The position numbers and the translations under genes were made by a program. Below, one piece after another: positions 57,487 through 64,000 of a stretch of 64,000 nt of DNA. The first letter of the stretch is position 1. Each line of letters starts with the position of its first letter. Under the pieces are notes generated by a model. The model was not told where the DNA came from, made no database searches, and saw nothing but the letters and a program-made list of their open reading frames with translations. The stretch lies in the sequence record NC_048747.1; one strand, given 5' to 3'.

Positions 57487-58056
57487 TTAATTACCTAGAT
57501 TCTTATCTTTAACTTTAACAACATGAACATGTTCGGTATCGAAAGCGGCTGAGACTTGATACTCCACATCTATATCCATGACTTCTAAACGATTTTGTTC
57601 TTCCACACTACTACTGATGGTAATGGGTTTAGGGTCACCAAAATCACAACCTTCAGTTCCCATAGGTTTTACACCATAGTGTCCACACACATGATGGACG
57701 ACCATATAGATATCTTCATCCCAAGGTTCCAAACGAAAATAATCCAAAGGTGATACTTCATTTCGATGTTTGCTTGACACACCATAAAACGGTAGACTTA
57801 ACACATTACCACCATTAAAGTTAAGCGTGTCGTAAACTTTCCCCTCATATATCAAAAACGTGTGATGTGGCGAACTTTGTATTTCTACTGTAAAGTCAAA
57901 CGCGTGTCTGAGCACATACGCTGTTAATTGAGCTATCCAGATGCAATCCCCGTTATTGGCTTCTAATAAGGTTTCCTCCCATACCTCGTTTCCGAGGTAT
58001 GAGTGGTACGCCTTAATCACATCCAGTAACACCAACTTAATGGTGTTTTCTTTCAT
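57487..58056 (-). CDS. Putative Cys-His-Asp (transglutaminase/papain-like) enzyme, paralog of 55837-57099
   Basis: NNGDCIWIA...SPHHTFLIYEGKVYDTL. Confidence 0.6.
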   Translation of the reverse strand: MKENTIKLVLLDVIKAYHSYLGNEVWEETLLEANNGDCIWIAQLTAYVLRHAFDFTVEIQSSPHHTFLIYEGKVYDTLNFNGGNVLSLPFYGVSSKHRNEVSPLDYFRLEPWDEDIYMVVHHVCGHYGVKPMGTEGCDFGDPKPITISSSVEEQNRLEVMDIDVEYQVSAAFDTEHVHVVKVKDKNLGN

Positions 58057-58058
58057 GA

Positions 58059-58775
58059 CTATTCCTCTTCGATTTTCTCTTCCTCGATCTCTTCCGGAAG
58101 TTCGTGACCACTTAACCCATAAAGGGTGTGTTTATAACGCTTTACTAAGTTCTCACGGTCTTCTTGCGTAATCTTAGGAAGTTCACTAAAAACCATATCC
58201 TTCCCGGCTAATAAATACTGGAAGTTTCCACCTACCGTTTCATCGACCCCAGACAACATCACTAATTTAAAGGTTGTGGCGAGTTCTTGACCCGTCACTC
58301 CTTTATCATTAAAGATCATTTTGGTTAAGACACGAAACGGACCCGACCCACTACCTATGACCGCGTAGTTGGTTAACTTGGTGATCTCCAGAGTTCGACC
58401 ATCGAACATCACAGTAAAGAATTTTTCACCGACACGGAACATGACCTTTAGACTAATGTCGATATTTAAGTTAAAGTTAATCAAAGACATAGTGTATACA
58501 CCCGGGATGAATTTCTCCAAACCAAATAATGATAACATGTCTGTAGGGTCTAACTTAAGCATCTCTACCGCGTTAGTATTTCCGGCAACTCCCATGAAGT
58601 CCGGTAAATGTTCTACTCCTTCGTCGTCCACATAAGGAGGGGTCAGGTTAGGTGCCGGCATGATCTTTAGATGATCTCTTGTGGCGACTTTAGGGCGACG
58701 TTCTAATTCATCAGCACAACTCACTGCTTTGGAATCAGCCATCATGTCGCCTAAAAATCCAACAACTAAAGTCAT
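58059..58775 (-). CDS. Ntn-hydrolase, HslV/proteasome beta-like peptidase (start corrected to ATG 58775, M-TLVV)
   Basis: Thr1 after Met, ADS, LKI, GVAG, AVIGSGS; AGGAG RBS and ATGA overlap support this start. Confidence 0.7.
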   Translation of the reverse strand: MTLVVGFLGDMMADSKAVSCADELERRPKVATRDHLKIMPAPNLTPPYVDDEGVEHLPDFMGVAGNTNAVEMLKLDPTDMLSLFGLEKFIPGVYTMSLINFNLNIDISLKVMFRVGEKFFTVMFDGRTLEITKLTNYAVIGSGSGPFRVLTKMIFNDKGVTGQELATTFKLVMLSGVDETVGGNFQYLLAGKDMVFSELPKITQEDRENLVKRYKHTLYGLSGHELPEEIEEEKIEEE

Positions 58776-59416
58776 ACTAATTCTCCTAGTTTTTCGTCCA
58801 GTGCCGCAACCCAACCATCTAACACTTTTGGTTCTGGATTCATGGACATAACAACACTTAAATCTCGGTCAGTAGAATAAACCTTAGCTAACTTAGGTGT
58901 TTCTTTTCTGAGACTAGCTAACATTCCCCATTGCAGGCTTTGGGTACTATCTATAACCCCAACAACTTCACTTGCAATTGGTATACCTTTTTCTTCATCA
59001 CTATCGATTAAAAAGGCACTGCCATCACTGACGTCATAAAACTTGATCTCCAAATTTCGGTCATTGAGTTTTAAGTTAACCAAAGTACCTTTGTCAGTCA
59101 ATCCAGCCCATTGGTGTTCTCCCATATTGCTGTGAACCATGAGTGGATGGCGAAGTGGGTACATGCCCTCTTCTAATTTGTCGACTTGGTACAACCACAT
59201 GATGTCGTAAAATTCATTAGAAGAGAAATCCTTCCCTTCGGCATCGTCGTAAGCTGCACCATAGAGAACGTACTCCAGGGTACCTTCTTCACGTTCAATA
59301 GGGAAGTCTTTACTCCAAACCGGACGGGCGGCAGAAGTGGTCATGCACCAAAACGAACCGCGTTCAGTAACCGCAGTCACCATCAAGCCACTTCTATCTA
59401 TGCTAATGATGGACAT
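58772..59416 (-). CDS. Hypothetical partner protein, paralog of 60127-60765
   Basis: TERGSFWC, LEEGMY, WAGLTDKG, LQWGML, PKLAKVY shared pattern. Confidence 0.75.
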   Translation of the reverse strand: MSIISIDRSGLMVTAVTERGSFWCMTTSAARPVWSKDFPIEREEGTLEYVLYGAAYDDAEGKDFSSNEFYDIMWLYQVDKLEEGMYPLRHPLMVHSNMGEHQWAGLTDKGTLVNLKLNDRNLEIKFYDVSDGSAFLIDSDEEKGIPIASEVVGVIDSTQSLQWGMLASLRKETPKLAKVYSTDRDLSVVMSMNPEPKVLDGWVAALDEKLGELV

Positions 59417-59419
59417 TAC

Positions 59420-60127
59420 TTAATCCTCTTTCTTTTCTTCAACAGGTAACGTGAGATTAGCCTTGGTGTACAGATTCTTACGATAATCCTCAACGAGTTT
59501 CTTTTTAGCCTTATCACTAAGATGAGGTGTTTTAGCTGTTATGTCGGTGGAGCCTTTATTCACCACCCATAAGTCCCCACCGATAGTTTCGTCTATACCC
59601 GATAACAATAAAAAGTTTAGCGCAACGAACTTCTTATTTAGCGAAGGATTAACCGTACCGAACAGGACCTTCAACACATAGTCGTACAGACCACACACAC
59701 TACCGATCATCCCAGTGTCTTTTAATTCCCCGATATGGAGTTTGTTCCCACTGTACTCTACTCGGAAGCATTGTTCTTCCACTCGGAATAAGAACCAACT
59801 TTCACGGTTACCGTTGACTTGCAAATTGCAGGTTTGGAGGTCGTAATCGCCAGGGACAAAGTTGGTCAAACCGAACGGAGCTAACAAATCGCTTAAGAAT
59901 AACGACACCACCTTAATGCCGAAAGTTGAACCTGCGGAACCCATGAGGTCTGGACTCTTCAAAGTCCCACTGCCGTCATCAAACTTAGGTGTGTCGTGAG
60001 GGACAGGACAAACTTTTAAATAAGATTTAGAAGAATTTCGGCCTCGGTGGTCGGCCTCCAACTCAGCCCCATGACGACTTAATGAGTCAGCCATGAAGGT
60101 CCCTTTATGAAAAACAACAATAGTCAT
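59420..60127 (-). CDS. Ntn-hydrolase, HslV/proteasome beta-like protein (M-TIVV)
   Basis: Thr1, ADS, LKV, GSAG, MIGSV (GSG variant); paralog of 58059-58775. Confidence 0.65.
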   Translation of the reverse strand: MTIVVFHKGTFMADSLSRHGAELEADHRGRNSSKSYLKVCPVPHDTPKFDDGSGTLKSPDLMGSAGSTFGIKVVSLFLSDLLAPFGLTNFVPGDYDLQTCNLQVNGNRESWFLFRVEEQCFRVEYSGNKLHIGELKDTGMIGSVCGLYDYVLKVLFGTVNPSLNKKFVALNFLLLSGIDETIGGDLWVVNKGSTDITAKTPHLSDKAKKKLVEDYRKNLYTKANLTLPVEEKKED

Positions 60128-60765
60128 TACAACCCCTCCAATTCTTTTTCAAACTTACCCACCCATTCTTCAATAAGACCTTCGGAGTAACTAACCGTGT
60201 GTATCGTGACAGAGTCATTCTCTCGAAAATAAGTTTTCAACATCTTAGGAACCTCGGGACGCATGTTAAGCAACATTCCCCAGACCAAAGTTTCCTCGGC
60301 GGAGAAAATACCAAAGGCTTCAGCCACACGAGTACCTTCGTTATTCGCATCAACAAAGTAATTCCCTTCCGTTCCATAGTCCTCTATGGTTAAGGTGGAG
60401 TCAGACAGACTTATTGAAATGATACGACCCTTTTCAGTGATACCATACCAATAAGTTAAATCCGCTTGATAGAAATAACACGAGGGAGCACTCATTTTGT
60501 ACACACCCTCTTTTAGTTCATCCAACCCAAAAGCTTTAGCAACGTCTAACATGTCACTGCTGGCAAGTTCCATAGGGTTTGAATAAAGGATACGGTTACC
60601 AAACATGACTCGTTCAGGTTCACCTTCTTCTGGACAGTATTTTAACTTGTCTCTCCATACTGGTTTTCCTCCCCTATTTTCACAGGTCCAAAAATTACCA
60701 CGGTCAGAAGTAAATTGAACACGGATGTGGTTGGGGTCCGCTTGCAGATAGTAATCTTTCATCAT
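60127..60765 (-). CDS. Hypothetical partner protein, paralog of 58772-59416
   Basis: SDRGNFWTC, LKEGVY, WYGITEKG, LVWGML, PKMLKTY. Confidence 0.75.
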   Translation of the reverse strand: MMKDYYLQADPNHIRVQFTSDRGNFWTCENRGGKPVWRDKLKYCPEEGEPERVMFGNRILYSNPMELASSDMLDVAKAFGLDELKEGVYKMSAPSCYFYQADLTYWYGITEKGRIISISLSDSTLTIEDYGTEGNYFVDANNEGTRVAEAFGIFSAEETLVWGMLLNMRPEVPKMLKTYFRENDSVTIHTVSYSEGLIEEWVGKFEKELEGL

Positions 60766-61221
60766 TTAACTCCATGAATAGAAGTGAGTCGGTTCGTCGG
60801 CACGGTAAGCTTCAATCCAACTCATGAAAATTTGAGAAACTTTATTAGCACTAGGTTTCGTGTAAATGTCACGACGGACAAAGAAAGTAACCACGTTCAG
60901 AGGGTCCTTATTGTTAGCAAGAGATCGCTTTCTCGCAAACTTCATTTCGACCACATTGGGTTCGTCAAAAGTAACCGTGAGCAGTTGATACAACTTAAGA
61001 AGTTTTTCAAACGCTTCCAAACCATAAACCATTTGGATGTGGTATACTACATTGTCGTTGGACTCATGTCCCTCACAACAAGACATTGTTCCCAAATAAC
61101 GACATCGGTTTAATGATTGAATGACTTCACGACACGAAACGTCACAACGCTCCAGAATGGATTTTTCATTTCTTTGATAATGAATCTTTTCTGATTCAAA
61201 CATCTTTGGTTCAGTTTGCAT
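60766..61221 (-). CDS. Hypothetical protein (151 aa) with SCCEGH motif
   Basis: First ORF of the operon; TAAGGA RBS. Confidence 0.75.
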   Translation of the reverse strand: MQTEPKMFESEKIHYQRNEKSILERCDVSCREVIQSLNRCRYLGTMSCCEGHESNDNVVYHIQMVYGLEAFEKLLKLYQLLTVTFDEPNVVEMKFARKRSLANNKDPLNVVTFFVRRDIYTKPSANKVSQIFMSWIEAYRADEPTHFYSWS

Positions 61222-61259
61222 GGAAATATCCTTAATGAATTTTTAAAGTGCAAAAAGGA

Positions 61260-61279
61260 GTGAGTCCCGAAGGACTCAC
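61260..61279 (-). terminator. Terminator after thyA
   Basis: gtgagtcc/ggactcac stem, loop TTCG on minus strand, then CTTTTTGCA. Confidence 0.85.
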
Positions 61280-61292
61280 CTAATTCAATTAA

Positions 61293-62201
61293 CTACACGG
61301 TAAACGGGTAGACGATTTTGTCGTGGTGTTTGTAGTCGATGAGTTTGAAGTCTTTAGGAGTTACCCAAGTACGGACGTCTTCCAGTGTTTTAATGTCTGG
61401 GTTAATCCACAACGTAGGAGCTTCTAAAGGTTCACGTTCCATTTCACCACGGAACAGATCAATTTGGTCTTCATACAAATGCACGTTAACCAGTTTATGA
61501 TAAGACTCTTTGGCATGATGACCTGTAATCTGTGCCATCAGCGCATTGCTCAAGAAAACTTGAATCATGTTGCTAGACATTCCGAGTCCAAGATCACACG
61601 ATCTTTGCGTTGAGTTCAAGTACATGTTGTCGTTTACCAGTGACCAGTGGTGGGAATACATGCAAGGACGTAAGCATCCTAAGTCAAACATCCCCGGATT
61701 CCAGAAGGTAAGAATCTCACCACGGTCATCCAGACCATCGCATAAGTCCGTATAGATCTTGTGCAGAATATCGATCTCACCAGAATGACGTAAGTCCAGA
61801 GTACCGTCATCCTTAATGCGTGCAGAACGATTCACAAACTCCATGATCGGCCAATGGTTAGCAACAGCGCCGTACACCACACCCATGTCATCTTCACCAA
61901 GACGGTTAGGGTTATTTAACCACGCTTTATTTTCGTTAGCATTAGCATCCCAAGACTTAGTCATCAAAGCACGGAAATCCGCTGCGTTCATTAACCCTTT
62001 CCAGTAACCCAACAACTCACCAACGCCTAAGTAGAAAGGTGATTGGCGAAGAGTGTTAGCGGGTACAGCACCTAGGTCGTTGTGATAAGTTAGGTCCGCG
62101 TTAATTACAGTAAGACAGTTTTTACCAGTGCGCTGGTTGTGAACCATCTCACCTTCATTAAGTACACGTTGACCCAGTTCTTTGAAGTTTGTATAAATCA
62201 C
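61293..62201 (-). CDS. thyA: Thymidylate synthase
   Basis: Catalytic LRPCMYSH, QRSCDLGLG...N, HLYEDQ, YKHHDKIVYPFTV C-terminus. Confidence 0.95.
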   Translation of the reverse strand: MIYTNFKELGQRVLNEGEMVHNQRTGKNCLTVINADLTYHNDLGAVPANTLRQSPFYLGVGELLGYWKGLMNAADFRALMTKSWDANANENKAWLNNPNRLGEDDMGVVYGAVANHWPIMEFVNRSARIKDDGTLDLRHSGEIDILHKIYTDLCDGLDDRGEILTFWNPGMFDLGCLRPCMYSHHWSLVNDNMYLNSTQRSCDLGLGMSSNMIQVFLSNALMAQITGHHAKESYHKLVNVHLYEDQIDLFRGEMEREPLEAPTLWINPDIKTLEDVRTWVTPKDFKLIDYKHHDKIVYPFTV

Positions 62202-62204
62202 TCT

Positions 62205-63026
62205 TTATCCCTTAAACCGTATCTTACGGTCATTGTTACGTTTACCCCACAACCCCATGTATTGCGTGTCTACATGTTCAACCGGTCGGATTAACCCAGT
62301 TCGGTTGTATTGTTCGGTGTAGGTGTTGACTAATGAATTTACGTTCTTACGTAAGAGGAGTCGATCAAACGTACGCCAGTCTTCGGCAAACAGTTCTAAT
62401 CCACTACTAGGATAGCTATCCCAGTTATAACCTTCCGTACGACCAAATTTTTCTAACAAGTGGTTGTAGATTTCATTGGTCATTTGACGTTGAGTTAGTT
62501 CCTCCTTACAACGGAACAAGAAACAACGCATTACGTATAAAGGGAAGTTTGGCTTACCTCGATCAGCTAAAGCCACTAAAGTGCTAAGCTCCGTAGTAGG
62601 ACCACCCTTATAACTACTACGATGTTCCAAACAACACAATCCTACTTGTGCTATTTGTTCTTCACTTAATTCTTTCCCACCAAACGAAGTCAATAGTTCT
62701 TCTGCTAAAATGGCGGACTCCACATGATGTGAAGCTCGATCCCAACGGCAGCCTAAATCGTGCATCAGACATCCGTAGTAGATGATTAGCATTTCTTTAG
62801 TGCCGTAGTATCCCTTCTTTATTCCTAGCTCCACCCCGAGCTTTACAACAGCTAACACGTGTTCTAGATTGTGTGCAGCGTCGTTCTTATTAATACTTGA
62901 TGTGCAAAACCCAACAATAGGTTTATTAACAGTAATTCCAGCTTGTTCAGCTAACCATAAAAACCTGGCTTGATATTTGTCGATGCGTTCTTTCATAGTT
63001 GCTTCCTTAAGAAAACTAAGTCTCAT
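62205..63026 (-). CDS. HD-domain metal-dependent phosphohydrolase
   Basis: AHNLEH...MHDLG...HHVESA...EHR...LADR. Confidence 0.88.
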   Translation of the reverse strand: MRLSFLKEATMKERIDKYQARFLWLAEQAGITVNKPIVGFCTSSINKNDAAHNLEHVLAVVKLGVELGIKKGYYGTKEMLIIYYGCLMHDLGCRWDRASHHVESAILAEELLTSFGGKELSEEQIAQVGLCCLEHRSSYKGGPTTELSTLVALADRGKPNFPLYVMRCFLFRCKEELTQRQMTNEIYNHLLEKFGRTEGYNWDSYPSSGLELFAEDWRTFDRLLLRKNVNSLVNTYTEQYNRTGLIRPVEHVDTQYMGLWGKRNNDRKIRFKG

Positions 63027-63128
63027 AACACTTTGATAATATAGATTTAATAATTTTTAGTAAAAAAATAAAGTGTAAAGAACAGAGAGGTGGATGACCC
63101 ACCTCCCTACATCAGCCTTTGTTTATAA

Positions 63129-63605
63129 TTATTTATCTAGCACAACCGCACGACATTCTTTTCTGAATGAGAAAAGTTCATTAGCCGCCATCCTGTTGTC
63201 GTTGGGGAAAGAAGTAATCTCCTTACCGTCCTTATCAGTAAACCATATGGTTTCGTATTGTGCGAAGAAATGAGCGAAGTCACCGTAGTTCCATTCACCT
63301 GGAGTGAAGCCCATGTTCTGGGCTAAGTCGTAGTACGAATCATACCCATACAACTTACCCAGATCTTTCTCTTCATATATACGTCCATCCAGTATTAATT
63401 TAAATTTCCCTTCACCCTGGATAGGGTCACAAAAGAAACTCAATTCCAACGAGCGATTAACTTGATAATTGAACTGGTAGGTGAAAGCGTCCTTACCTGG
63501 ATTGTACTCCCATTTTTGTGTGGAGGTTTGATCCAGTACAACGTAGTCCGCTGACACAGTCATGCTGATGCACATTAACAGTAAACAAGAGTATAGCTTT
63601 TTCAT
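63129..63605 (-). CDS. Exported/periplasmic protein (158 aa)
   Basis: Signal peptide MKKLYSCLLLMCISMTVSA|D; AAGGA RBS; terminator hairpin 63087-63105. Confidence 0.75.
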   Translation of the reverse strand: MKKLYSCLLLMCISMTVSADYVVLDQTSTQKWEYNPGKDAFTYQFNYQVNRSLELSFFCDPIQGEGKFKLILDGRIYEEKDLGKLYGYDSYYDLAQNMGFTPGEWNYGDFAHFFAQYETIWFTDKDGKEITSFPNDNRMAANELFSFRKECRAVVLDK

Positions 63606-63643
63606 TATTGATTCCTTTTTAATACACTAAACACCAGCGCTTA

Positions 63644-63928
63644 TTAAATAGCTAGACGAAGTGAACTCGCAAGATGTTCTTTTGCTGATTCACTGATCGA
63701 ATAATCTTCATAACAAGTATGACTGATGACGGGTTTCTGGTGAGTCAACACCAACATCAAGTTAAAGAAATGATCACTGACTGAAGAACGTTCCTCTTCA
63801 TTAAGTGAACTAAGGTGCTTAACTAAGTTCAAAGAGTCGCGTTCGAAGTTGTGAGTCAGGAACACCATTCTGTTCAACGAATCATAAGCCGGTTCAACAG
63901 AACTGCCCGGTTCACAACTTTCTTGCAC
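63644..63928 (-). CDS. Hypothetical protein (start uncertain)
   Basis: Co-oriented ORF. Confidence 0.55.
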   Translation of the reverse strand: MQESCEPGSSVEPAYDSLNRMVFLTHNFERDSLNLVKHLSSLNEEERSSVSDHFFNLMLVLTHQKPVISHTCYEDYSISESAKEHLASSLRLAI

Positions 63929-64000
63929 GTCTAGTTGATACTCAGTTTTTAGATTATGATCATAAATACAGAAACTAGTTACACCACGCTTACGAGTGGC

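Noticed and set aside
1-64000. tRNA, rRNA, integrase, transposase, alternative genetic code
   Set aside because: No cloverleaf or T-loop motifs in the intergenic gaps; no recombinase motifs; standard-code ORFs tile the window densely, so no stop-codon reassignment is indicated

Overview
64 kb of a phiKZ-like, nucleus-forming jumbo myophage genome (Chimalliviridae-like). A Vibrio-type host is inferred from codon usage and gene content, not shown. Hallmarks: PhuZ tubulin (2807-3772), a terminase large subunit with a class 3-like intein starting at Glu (19825-23037), the phiKZ gp26/27/28-like virion block, tail sheath (51050-53188), tail tube (53194-54093), tmk, thyA, a Nudix hydrolase, an HD hydrolase and a free-standing HNH endonuclease. 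Best leads: (1) a ~570-nt highly structured non-coding RNA candidate (3812-4382, minus), bounded by a TATG start motif and a terminator, directly downstream of three sensor-less tandem-AraC genes; (2) a (partner + Thr1 Ntn/HslV-proteasome-like) x2 operon (58059-60765) next to two Cys-His-Asp enzymes; (3) about 8,000 aa of Ig-like fibre proteins, where one Ig domain appears split between the C-terminus of the gp26-like protein and the N-termini of two giant ORFs, suggesting a strand-complementation docking system; (4) an origin-like region with an AT-only tract, iterons and four G4 runs (13352-13802). No tRNA, rRNA, CRISPR array, integrase or reverse transcriptase was recognised. All family assignments come from motifs read by eye; no database searches were run.
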